Below, one piece after another: positions 16,047 to 24,369 of a stretch of 56,731 nucleotides of DNA. Location: NCBI GenBank assembly GCA_038065695.1, contig JBBTQN010000020.1:1-56731 (forward strand). Reading direction: 5' to 3'. Positions within the stretch are counted from its first letter, which is position 1. Each line of letters begins with the position of its first letter. The position numbers and the translations under genes are program-made. Origin of the DNA: Patescibacteria group bacterium (GTDB lineage Bacteria > Patescibacteriota > Patescibacteriia > 2-01-FULL-39-33). Below the pieces are notes generated by a model. It saw nothing but the letters and a program-made list of their open reading frames with translations. It did not search any database and was not told the DNA's origin.

Positions 16047-16874
16047 ATGTCTAATCAAATCGGATTCGAATACAGCAATGAAGGAGGAGAGACGGCATTT
16101 GAGACCTTTTTAAGATACAGCAATGAAAAAGATAAATCATCCGAAGTATTAGGGAGAATTCTCAATCGTTTGCTTGTTGAAGAAGGCATGACTGTCTTGG
16201 ATATTGGAAGCGGTAATGGCGAGTATCTGAGACTATCATTAATCAAAGCCAAGATTCCAAGGAAGACAATGCTCACTCTTCTTGAGCCGAGTAAGGATCT
16301 GGCAGAGCGATTGATAGTTGCGACAAAGCAATTTCCGGACGGTTCCATTGCCAAAGTAATACATTCAACACCTGAAGATTTTGTAACTGAAGATCGGTTT
16401 GATGTAATTTTGATCTCGCACGTTCCTCTCGCAAAAAATCAGGCAGATAAATTGCCGGCGATTTACCGGAAAATACTTGGGTTGTTAAAACCAAGAGGCT
16501 CTCTGATTATTGTATTGAGAGGAAAAGATGACATCCACGAGTTTAGAACCGTGTTCAAGTCTCAGCTTATGGGTATAAATTATCGATCCATGACGATTGA
16601 TGACGCAGTGGAAACACTCAGCTTTCTTGCTAAGAGTGTTCCATTGAATATATCTATGCACACGGCTAAGGCCGAATTGCACGTGCCGTATTGCGATAAT
16701 ATACGGGACGCAATCTCGATTGTCGAATTCTTCTTAAATAAGAGGTGGGATGAAATTCCGAACAATATTCGCGAAGCAATCATGAGTTATATTCGTCAAA
16801 AAAATGGCGTTTTAAAGCACATCGATTGCTTTGCTGTTGCAAGGAAAACTAATCCTTTTATGTCTGCTCCTTAA
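16047..16874 (+). CDS. Class I SAM-dependent methyltransferase
   Basis: Start moved to MSNQIG behind GAAAGGAGG. Motif VLDIGSGNGEYL. Confidence 0.8.
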   Translation: MSNQIGFEYSNEGGETAFETFLRYSNEKDKSSEVLGRILNRLLVEEGMTVLDIGSGNGEYLRLSLIKAKIPRKTMLTLLEPSKDLAERLIVATKQFPDGSIAKVIHSTPEDFVTEDRFDVILISHVPLAKNQADKLPAIYRKILGLLKPRGSLIIVLRGKDDIHEFRTVFKSQLMGINYRSMTIDDAVETLSFLAKSVPLNISMHTAKAELHVPYCDNIRDAISIVEFFLNKRWDEIPNNIREAIMSYIRQKNGVLKHIDCFAVARKTNPFMSAP

Positions 16875-16876
16875 TC

Positions 16877-16909
16877 AGACCGGTTTCAACGAGACGCCGG
16901 TCTTTTTTA
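16877..16909 (+). terminator. Intrinsic terminator
   Basis: Stem agaccgg/ccggtct followed by ttttt. Confidence 0.8.
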
Positions 16910-17009
16910 TTAGTAATTATTTTTTCTAAGATTAGGTGAGTTAACATTAGTCACCCTTATCTTACCAGAGAGTAACCCTTTAATGTTAACTGTTTTAATT
17001 TTGGTTTTT

Positions 17010-17043
17010 AAAAGCCATCCGAGCGGGAGCCGGGATGGCGTGG
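17010..17043 (-). terminator. GCCATCC..GGATGGC hairpin family, copy 5 (terminator of 17101..17706)
   Basis: aaaagccatccgagcgggagccgggatggcgtgg, followed by the hairpin cccctccttgttttaaggaggg at 17050..17071. Confidence 0.7.
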
Positions 17044-17100
17044 AAGTATCCCCTCCTTGTTTTAAGGAGGGAAATTATAATTTTTAGGTACTGCTGGCAT

Positions 17101-17706
17101 TTAATTTTTCTGCGCCACTAACCTTACTACTCCGTGCTGATGTGGTTCTTCGTAGCCGACATGACCATGGTCATCTATTAATTTTTCTTCGTAAAGTATA
17201 ATCTCAAAATCAGAAAATAATCTTTTTAGTTCTCCTGGCTCAAAAAAGCAACGATGCTGGTTAGCTGGTATTTGGTATAAGGGATCGTCCTTGGTGAAGC
17301 CAGCAATAATTACAAAACTGTCTTTCTTTAAAGCCTCTTTCATTTTCTGAATGATGGCTAAAGCCTCATTTTTTTCTAAAAACTGCAAGGAATTAAAGGC
17401 ATTAATAATTTGATATCGATCCTTTTCAATATTAAAATCTTTAATATCCTCACAAAATAATTCAATCGCGTCTTTTAAATGATTATTTTGTTTAAGATAT
17501 TGTTTGATTTTGTTAATATTAATTTTCGATTGATCAACGGCCGTCACTTTAAAACCATATTTGGCCGCAAATAGAGAATCTCGGCCTTGGCCGCAGCCCA
17601 AATCCAAAAACCCGCCACTGGGTTTTACCCGCGGCCAAATTAACTGTAAAAGCTTATTGGGTTTTTGGCCCAAAACACCATTCTGATTTATTGAATTATT
17701 ATTCAT
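17101..17706 (-). CDS. Class I SAM-dependent methyltransferase (TehB-like size)
   Basis: FLDLGCGQGRDSLFAAKYGFKVTAVDQS. Confidence 0.85.
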   Translation of the reverse strand: MNNNSINQNGVLGQKPNKLLQLIWPRVKPSGGFLDLGCGQGRDSLFAAKYGFKVTAVDQSKININKIKQYLKQNNHLKDAIELFCEDIKDFNIEKDRYQIINAFNSLQFLEKNEALAIIQKMKEALKKDSFVIIAGFTKDDPLYQIPANQHRCFFEPGELKRLFSDFEIILYEEKLIDDHGHVGYEEPHQHGVVRLVAQKN

Positions 17707-17783
17707 AATTAAAATTTATTATATAACCCATATAATTTTTGAGAAAAAAGCGATAGCTTTCTCTGTTTGCTATCGCTTGAAAT

Positions 17784-18806
17784 TCAGCATCGCCAGCATT
17801 GCGGATCCTTATCAAAGAAATTGCCGGTAGTCCCTGCCGCAACGGCATGACAACCCCGGCAATAATTTAATAGGTCGCAATCTTTGCAGCCGGCTAGATT
17901 TTCAATTCGGCGATATTGTTCCATCGCCGGTGAAAGAAAAATTTCTCTGAAACTTTGTTGATCAGTGTTGCCGACCAAGCTGTCAAATCGCCGGCAGGCA
18001 TAAACAGTCCCATTCGGCAAAACTGTCATATGCTTAATGGCGCAATTACAGCCATCAATGACAATACCTTTCTCGACACAAAGACTATAAAGACCATTTT
18101 CATAGAGAAAAGCAATCCAGAGATGGTCTTTTAGGGAAAAAATCGTTCCCTTGTCGCTTAACTCGCAGTAAACCTGCCACATATCAGTGAGAAATTGGCG
18201 GTATAGCGGTGGCGGCATATTATATTTAGAATCTTCGCGTTGATTAGGACAATAGCGAGCAAAAGCAAAACTATTTACCCGATGTTCAACGCAAAGTTTG
18301 GCCACTGCCGGAATTTCTTGATAATTAAGAAGTGATACCGTCGCCATAATCATAGTCCGAATGTTGGCTTCAAGTAAAAGCGGCAGTGCTTCTAAAGTGG
18401 CTTTAAAGGAACCCGACTTACGTAAAGAGTCGTGGGTCGCCTTTAAGCCATCCAAGGACATTTGATAGCTGGCGCAACCAAGTAGCTTGAGCTGTTTTGC
18501 CACTTCAGAGCTAAGATGGAACGGGTTACCAAGAATAGTAAATGGTACTTTCTTACTTTGGATATATTCCAACAGTTCCCAGATGTGAGAATAAAGAAGT
18601 GGGTCGCCGCCAGTGATTGAGAAGTACGGCGAAACCGACGTTTCTTGGCAAAAACTAAGGAAATCATCCACAATATTTTGACATTGTTGAATATTGGGTT
18701 GGGTGTGCAAACTTTCATTTACAAATTTCCTCCAAATATAGCAATGTTGGCATCGCTGATCGCATTCATTGGTTATATGCCATTGCAGTCCAAAAATTTT
18801 AGGCAT
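17784..18806 (-). CDS. Radical SAM/SPASM-domain peptide maturase
   Basis: CX3CX2C in NECDQRCQHCY. C-terminal Cys cluster CKDCDLLNYCRGC plus CNCAIK...ACRRF and QCWRC. The start is probably the second ATG (MPKIF), 6 nt after AGGAG. Confidence 0.9.
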   Translation of the reverse strand: MPKIFGLQWHITNECDQRCQHCYIWRKFVNESLHTQPNIQQCQNIVDDFLSFCQETSVSPYFSITGGDPLLYSHIWELLEYIQSKKVPFTILGNPFHLSSEVAKQLKLLGCASYQMSLDGLKATHDSLRKSGSFKATLEALPLLLEANIRTMIMATVSLLNYQEIPAVAKLCVEHRVNSFAFARYCPNQREDSKYNMPPPLYRQFLTDMWQVYCELSDKGTIFSLKDHLWIAFLYENGLYSLCVEKGIVIDGCNCAIKHMTVLPNGTVYACRRFDSLVGNTDQQSFREIFLSPAMEQYRRIENLAGCKDCDLLNYCRGCHAVAAGTTGNFFDKDPQCWRC

Positions 18807-18833
18807 CACCATCTCCTTTCTCAGAATAGTGGT

Positions 18834-18861
18834 GGGGGAATATAGTTTTTAATATTCCCCC
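18834..18861 (-). promoter_or_regulatory. Perfect 10-bp stem-loop between the precursor and maturase genes
   Basis: gggggaatat / atattccccc with an 8-nt loop and no T-run. This resembles the processing or attenuation hairpins seen between RiPP precursor and enzyme genes. Confidence 0.55.
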
Positions 18862-18880
18862 GCTCTCGATCGTTTTTTGA

Positions 18881-19087
18881 TTAGTCGCCATTACAACTGC
18901 CACATTCACCATTGCAACCGCCGCCACAATTGCAGGAGCCGGCGCCGCAGGAATTGGCGCCAGCGACATCTCGTGCGAAAGCGCCTCTAGTGGAAGCGTT
19001 TGCTTGACGTAAAACAGCTTGAGCACTATGGCAACCAGTCCAAGCAACTTGTTGATTCCAGAAGTTAAAAACATTTAGATCTGGCAT
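18881..19087 (-). CDS. Candidate RiPP precursor (68 aa) with a Cys/Gly-rich C-terminal core
   Basis: Start moved to the ATG 7 nt after GGAGG. Translation: MPDLNVFNFWNQQVAWTGCHSAQAVLRQANASTRGAFARDVAGANSCGAGSCNCGGGCNGECGSCNGD. There are 6 Cys in the last 23 residues. Confidence 0.7.
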   Translation of the reverse strand: MPDLNVFNFWNQQVAWTGCHSAQAVLRQANASTRGAFARDVAGANSCGAGSCNCGGGCNGECGSCNGD

Positions 19088-19170
19088 ATTCTCACCTCCC
19101 TTCCGTTTCATTGATAGACCATCGTTTGTTTTAAGGTGCAGTTTATAACAGACTCCAAAGAACTATTTGA

Positions 19171-19199
19171 TTTTTATCAAATAACCGATTTAATGTCAA
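19171..19199 (-). promoter_or_regulatory. Candidate promoter for the precursor/maturase operon
   Basis: Read on the minus strand: TTGACA, 17 nt spacer, TAAAAA. Confidence 0.5.
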
Positions 19200-19214
19200 A
19201 TGCTTGTCAAATGT

Positions 19215-19243
19215 TTGACAGATTTTATCTTTTAATATAAAAT
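19215..19243 (+). promoter_or_regulatory. Candidate promoter for 19320..20315
   Basis: TTGACA, 17 nt spacer, TAAAAT. The -35 forms an inverted repeat tgtcaaa/tttgaca with the neighbouring sequence. Confidence 0.55.
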
Positions 19244-19319
19244 GCATTGTTTAAGTGGTATACTTAAAAATGTAGTTCTTTCAAAACCTAAGTTTTAACC
19301 AAGAAAGGAGGGGTTAATA

Positions 19320-20315
19320 ATGAACGGTCAGGCTGCTTCAATAATAGTGGAAATTGCCACCATTCCGGAACTGCCGGAAGTTGAGACCGGTACTGTATCT
19401 ATAACATTGCCGATTAAGTTGGCTAAGTTTGAAAGGCGGCGTTGGCCGTATGTTCTGACCATACCGATCTCTTGGCTTCTGACCCTTTGGGTTATTATTA
19501 AGAAGTCAATCTGTCGGTGGCAGGACAAACCCGAACCGAACATCAACACCTTCTGGTTTGATGGATTGGGTTTGTCTAACCGTGTGATCAAGGAAGGCGC
19601 TACATCCTGGAAAGCTCTGGATATCATCTACAATCATCCGTTCGGTCAAAGGAAAAGTATCGGCGGATTCGTTGATGATTTCTGGATTGGGATGATCAAT
19701 GCCCAAGCAGTTAGAAATCGTCTCAAGCTCGTTAAGCAAGAAATCAGGCGAGCAATCTTGCGGTTTAGCAACCACCAAGAAATTCGATTGCTTTCACTGG
19801 CTGCCGGCTCATCTCAAGGCATCATTGAGGTAATGGCCGAGTTGAAAACCAAGGGAATTCGAGTCCGCGCGTTACTATTGGATATTGACCAAACCGCTTT
19901 GGATTATGCTCAAGTTATGGCTAAACGCCATGGAGTTGACGATCAGATCGAGACGGTCAAAACAAGCATTGCGCAAGTGGCGCGAGTCTCAAGGGATTTT
20001 AGACCGCAAATCATAGAAATGCTTGGTTTGCTCGATTACATCCCACATGACAAAGCCATCCGGCTGGTCAGAAAAATTTGGGAATCCCTTGATTCTAAAG
20101 GAATTTTTTTGACCTGCAACATTAACCACAATATAGAGATGTACTTTCTGAAGTGGGTGATTAACTGGTCGATGATTTATCGTACTCCAGCTGAATTGGC
20201 GGAAATAATCACCAAATCTGGATTCAGCGATTACCGGCTCATCTATGAGCCGCTCAAGATCCATGGTTTGGTAATTGCCCAAAAGGAACAATACATATTA
20301 GTGGCTCAAGCCTGA
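19320..20315 (+). CDS. Membrane-anchored SAM-dependent methyltransferase-like protein
   Basis: One TM segment (WPYVLTIPISWLLTLWVII). Rossmann-like segment IRLLSLAAGSSQGIIEVMAEL...ALLLDIDQTALDYA. Confidence 0.65.
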   Translation: MNGQAASIIVEIATIPELPEVETGTVSITLPIKLAKFERRRWPYVLTIPISWLLTLWVIIKKSICRWQDKPEPNINTFWFDGLGLSNRVIKEGATSWKALDIIYNHPFGQRKSIGGFVDDFWIGMINAQAVRNRLKLVKQEIRRAILRFSNHQEIRLLSLAAGSSQGIIEVMAELKTKGIRVRALLLDIDQTALDYAQVMAKRHGVDDQIETVKTSIAQVARVSRDFRPQIIEMLGLLDYIPHDKAIRLVRKIWESLDSKGIFLTCNINHNIEMYFLKWVINWSMIYRTPAELAEIITKSGFSDYRLIYEPLKIHGLVIAQKEQYILVAQA

Positions 20316-20380
20316 GAGAAATGCTATAATAGTAAAGTAGCAGATCCTCAGGCTTTTATATTTCAATCGTAATTAAACTT

Positions 20381-22009
20381 ATGAATATTTATATAATATC
20401 CACTCTGATAAATTTTTCTGCTAGTTTGTTTTTAGGTTTTTTTATTTTTTTTAGTAATAAAAAAGAAAGGGTTAATGTCTCTTTCTCACTTTTTTCTTTT
20501 AATGTAGCTTTTTGGAGTTTGGGTTATTATTTTTGGCAGATTTCTAATAATTCGTACTGGGCCTTATTTTGGTCTCGTTTTTTAATGGCAGGAGCTATTT
20601 TTATACCCTTAACCTATCTCTACTTTGTTTATTGTTTTACTGGTTTATTAAATAGAAGAAAGAAATTTTTAATTTTTAGTTTTTTTATTTTATTTATATT
20701 TTTTATTTTAAATTTTTCCTCTCTTTTTGTTAATAGAGTAGAACCATTATTAAATTTTAAATTCTGGCCGATAGCTGGGCCCGCTTTTTCCACTTTTTTA
20801 TTTATTTGGTTTTTTTATGTTATATACTCAACATATATACTTTATAAAAAATATATTGTAGCTGAGGGTATTTTTCGAATCCAAATAATATATATACTGG
20901 TTGGTATGGTTGTGGGTTTTATTGGCGGCTCAACAAATTATTTTTTATGGTATAAAATTCCCATTCCTCCGATAGCTAATATTTTAGTAGCTTTTTATGT
21001 TGTGGCGGTGGCCTATGCCATAATTAAACATCATTTAATGAACATTAAAGTTATTGCTACAGAATTATTTGCTGCTTTATTAATTTTGATAACTTTTATA
21101 CAAATATTTCAAACCTCCATTTATTCTATTGTGATTAGAATGGTGGTTTTTGTAATAACTACCACTTTTGCATTTTTATTAATCAGATCCGTTCTTTTAG
21201 AAGTCCATCGGCGCGAGGAAATGGAGCGCTTGGCTAAAGAGCTCCAGAAGACCACCAAGAAATTAGCCGCGGCGAATAAAGAACTCCAAAGGTTGGACGA
21301 GGCCAAGTCCGAATTCCTTTCCATCGCCAGCCACCAGCTCCGTACCCCCTTAACCGTCATTAAAGGTTATATCTCAATGATCCAGGAAGGCAGTTTCGGC
21401 CAAGTGCCGAAGCTCATCGGACAGAGCTTGGAAAAAGTGTACATTTCCACCGAACGGCTCATCGGCTTGGTGGAAAGTTTGCTTAATATTTCCCGCATTG
21501 AATCCGGGCGATTGGAGTTTGACATCAAGCCGTTTGATTTGGCCGAGACGGTCAAAGTGATCGTGGATGACTTTCAGTCAAAAGCAAAAGTCAAAAATTT
21601 AAAGCTTGAATTCCATAGCGAGCCGAATTTGCCGTCGGTTTCCGCCGACCCGCAGAAAATCAAGGAAGTCATTTCCAACCTGATTGATAATTCCATCAAA
21701 TACACCACCAAGGGTAGCATCATGGTCGGTCTGCATCAAGAAAGCCAATCAGTGGTGTTCGCTTGCCAAGACACGGGCATCGGCATTTTGCCGGAGGATT
21801 TGCCGCGGCTGTTCAATAAATTCACGCGCGGCAAAGGGATGATGCAGGTCTATACCGAAGGCACGGGACTGGGGCTTTATTTCGCCCGCATGGTTTTGGA
21901 AAACATGGGCGGCCGCATCTGGGCCGAGAGCGCCGGCAAAGGCAAGGGAAGCAAGTTTGCGTTTTCTCTGCCACTATCAGATAAATCGAAGGCCAGAAAG
22001 ATAAAATAG
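20381..22009 (+). CDS. Sensor histidine kinase with a multi-TM N-terminal sensor
   Basis: About 7 TM segments, a coiled linker, H-box SIASHQLRTPLT, and N/G boxes (NLIDNSIKYT, GTGLGLYFARMVLENMGGRIW). Confidence 0.9.
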   Translation: MNIYIISTLINFSASLFLGFFIFFSNKKERVNVSFSLFSFNVAFWSLGYYFWQISNNSYWALFWSRFLMAGAIFIPLTYLYFVYCFTGLLNRRKKFLIFSFFILFIFFILNFSSLFVNRVEPLLNFKFWPIAGPAFSTFLFIWFFYVIYSTYILYKKYIVAEGIFRIQIIYILVGMVVGFIGGSTNYFLWYKIPIPPIANILVAFYVVAVAYAIIKHHLMNIKVIATELFAALLILITFIQIFQTSIYSIVIRMVVFVITTTFAFLLIRSVLLEVHRREEMERLAKELQKTTKKLAAANKELQRLDEAKSEFLSIASHQLRTPLTVIKGYISMIQEGSFGQVPKLIGQSLEKVYISTERLIGLVESLLNISRIESGRLEFDIKPFDLAETVKVIVDDFQSKAKVKNLKLEFHSEPNLPSVSADPQKIKEVISNLIDNSIKYTTKGSIMVGLHQESQSVVFACQDTGIGILPEDLPRLFNKFTRGKGMMQVYTEGTGLGLYFARMVLENMGGRIWAESAGKGKGSKFAFSLPLSDKSKARKIK

Positions 22010-22024
22010 CGGGCAAATAAAATT

Positions 22025-22045
22025 CCGCCTGAAAGGCGGTTTTTT
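22025..22045 (+). terminator. Intrinsic terminator after the kinase gene
   Basis: ccgcc tgaaa ggcgg tttttt. Confidence 0.65.
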
Positions 22046-22098
22046 AAACTTTATAAAGTTTGCCTATTTTTGACAAACTTTATAAAGTTTGGTAACAT
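22046..22098 (+). promoter_or_regulatory. Promoter flanked and overlapped by two identical 16-bp palindromes (operator-like)
   Basis: AAACTTTATAAAGTTT occurs at 22046..22061 and 22075..22090. TTGACA at 22070, 17 nt spacer, TAACAT. Confidence 0.5.
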
Positions 22099-22119
22099 AC
22101 CAAAATGGGATAGGAGCAT

Positions 22120-23052
22120 ATGACCACGCAACAAAAACTTAAAACAATTCAAAAAATGCTGGGATTGACGCAGACCGAGTTGGCCAAGCGGTTTGGCGTG
22201 TCTTTTGTCGCCTTTAATAATTGGTGGACAGGCAAATCAGTCCCCCGGTCCAAAAAACATCTTATCATAGAGGATTTATTTCTGGAGGTTACCGGCCAAA
22301 AGATAATCCCAGCAGATCAGTTGGCCAGCAAAGAACGGGCTTTGCGCCAGAAATCATCCGAGCATAAAAATATTTTGCAAAAAATATTGGATAATCCGGA
22401 CATCCGCGACCAGTTCATCTTGAAACTTACCTATAACAGTAATCGCATTGAGGGTAGTACGCTTACCGAGCCGGACACGGCCGCCATTATTTTTGACAAT
22501 GTCGCTCTGCCCGACAAGAGCTTGACTGAACAGCTTGAAGCGAAAAATCATCAGGCGGCACTCTTGTATTTATTTGATTATATCGCTAAAAAAGGGATGA
22601 TTGACGAGGATTTGGTTTTAAAATTGCATGGTATTTTAATGAATGGCATCCGGTCGGACGCGGGCGTGTACCGCCGTCACGCGGTGAGGATCATCGGCGT
22701 CAATCTGCCTACGGCGAATTACATGCGAGTGCCCGATTTGATGCCGGCGGTCGTGAAGAGCGCGGCAAAAAGAAACAAAGATATAATCAGTCAATCGGCT
22801 GAAGTCCACAGCAAGTTTGAACAAATTCATCCATTTTCCGACGGCAACGGCCGTGTCGGCCGGTTGCTCATGAGCGCGATGCTGTTGAAGGCGAATTTTG
22901 CCCCCGCGATCATCCGGCAGGAGAAAAAACAGCTCTATTATATCTATCTTTTTAAAGCGCAAACCGGAAATGATTTTAGCCAATTGGAATATTTTATCTA
23001 TGAAGCAGTTATGGATGGATTTAGGATTTTGGAGCGGAAAGATATGGAATGA
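22120..23052 (+). CDS. Fic family protein with an N-terminal XRE-type HTH
   Basis: HTH LGLTQTELAKRFGVSFVAFNNW. Fic motif HPFSDGNGRVGRLL. Confidence 0.9.
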   Translation: MTTQQKLKTIQKMLGLTQTELAKRFGVSFVAFNNWWTGKSVPRSKKHLIIEDLFLEVTGQKIIPADQLASKERALRQKSSEHKNILQKILDNPDIRDQFILKLTYNSNRIEGSTLTEPDTAAIIFDNVALPDKSLTEQLEAKNHQAALLYLFDYIAKKGMIDEDLVLKLHGILMNGIRSDAGVYRRHAVRIIGVNLPTANYMRVPDLMPAVVKSAAKRNKDIISQSAEVHSKFEQIHPFSDGNGRVGRLLMSAMLLKANFAPAIIRQEKKQLYYIYLFKAQTGNDFSQLEYFIYEAVMDGFRILERKDME

Positions 23053-23053
23053 T

Positions 23054-23175
23054 GTTTGGAAAATATGGGCGGCCGCATCTGGGCCGAGAGCGCCGGCAAA
23101 GGCAAGGGAAGCAAGTTTGCGTTCAGTTTGCCTTTGGCGGATAAGACGAAGGCGAAGAAGATAAAAACGCAATAA
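23054..23175 (+). pseudogene. Orphan copy B of the histidine kinase 3' end
   Basis: Reads (L)ENMGGRIWAESAGKGKGSKFAFSLPLADKTKAKKIKTQ*. A run of about 59 bases is identical to 21905 onward in the intact kinase. Confidence 0.8.
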
Positions 23176-23187
23176 AAAAGATAATAA

Positions 23188-24192
23188 ATGTCAAAAGAAA
23201 TAAAAAATAAGCCGATTGGTGAAATAGTCATTTATCAGGACAGAGGCAAAAATATTAAAATTGAAACAAGATTTGAAAACGAGACCGTTTGGCTCAATCA
23301 AGAGCAGATTTCTTCATTATTTGACGCTGAAAGGAGTGTCATTACCAAGCATCTTGGAAATATTTTTAAGTCTGGCGAGCTGGATGAAAAAAGCAATGTG
23401 CAAAAAATGCACTTTGCAAATTCTGATAAATTGGTTAAATTTTACAATTTAGACGCGATAATTTCCGTAGGCTACCGCGTAAATTCCCGTCGCGCCACCC
23501 AGTTTCGGATTTGGGCGACAAATGTCGTTAAAAATCATATTATAAGGGGCTATACAATAAACAAAAGCAGAATTTCCGACTTGAAAGAGAGGCAATTGTC
23601 GGAATTGGAATCAGCCGTCTCTCTGATTAAGAAAACAATAGAAACCAAAAGGTTATCGGGCGCTGAAGAACGGGGGTTATTGCGAGTGATTACAGATTAT
23701 GCCAATTCTTGGGTGTTATTGCAGAAATATGACAAAAATGAATTAAAGTTGCCCGGAAAAGTTAAAATCGCTAAATTCAAACTCACTTGCCAAGAGACGG
23801 AGAATGCCATTTTTGAGTTTAAAGACAAGCTTATTTCCAAAAGGATAGCGTCCGATTTGTTCGGAGTCGAAAGAGACAAGTCGCTTTCGGGTATTATTGG
23901 AAATTTATACCAATCCTTTGGCGGCAAAGAACTTTATTTCAGTATTGAGGAGAAGGCGGCGCATTTGTTGTATTTTATCATCAAAGATCATCCGTTTATT
24001 GACGGCAATAAACGGATCGGTTCATTTTTGTTTATTTTATTTTTGGCGCGTAATAATTATCTTCTAAAAAAGAACGGGGAAAAGAAAATAAATGACAATG
24101 CTTTGGTCGCTTTGGCGCTACTGATTGCCGAAAGCGACGCGAAACAGAAGGAGGTCATCATAAAATTAATAATGAATTTTATTAACGGTTAG
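23188..24192 (+). CDS. RhuM-family N-terminal domain fused to a Doc/Fic-type domain
   Basis: The N-terminal ...SVGYRVNSRRATQFRIWATNV... is typical of RhuM-like proteins. C-terminal Doc-type motif HPFIDGNKRIG. Confidence 0.85.
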   Translation: MSKEIKNKPIGEIVIYQDRGKNIKIETRFENETVWLNQEQISSLFDAERSVITKHLGNIFKSGELDEKSNVQKMHFANSDKLVKFYNLDAIISVGYRVNSRRATQFRIWATNVVKNHIIRGYTINKSRISDLKERQLSELESAVSLIKKTIETKRLSGAEERGLLRVITDYANSWVLLQKYDKNELKLPGKVKIAKFKLTCQETENAIFEFKDKLISKRIASDLFGVERDKSLSGIIGNLYQSFGGKELYFSIEEKAAHLLYFIIKDHPFIDGNKRIGSFLFILFLARNNYLLKKNGEKKINDNALVALALLIAESDAKQKEVIIKLIMNFING

Positions 24193-24195
24193 CTC

Positions 24196-24349
24196 GCTTT
24201 ATTTCGCCCGCATGGTTTTGGAAAATATGGGCGGCCGCATCTGGGCCGAGAGCGCCGGCAAGGGCAAGGGGAGTAAGTTCGCTTTTAGTTTGCCGCTCGC
24301 GGACAAATCTCAATCGAAGAAAATAAAAACTTCTGCCCCCCAGCGATAG
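24196..24349 (+). pseudogene. Orphan copy C of the histidine kinase 3' end (longest and most diverged)
   Basis: Reads LYFARMVLENMGGRIWAESAGKGKGSKFAFSLPLADKSQSKKIKTSAPQR*. Within the conserved part, its differences from the intact copy are mostly synonymous third-position changes. Confidence 0.8.
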
Positions 24350-24369
24350 TCGCTAATTTTTATGAGCAT

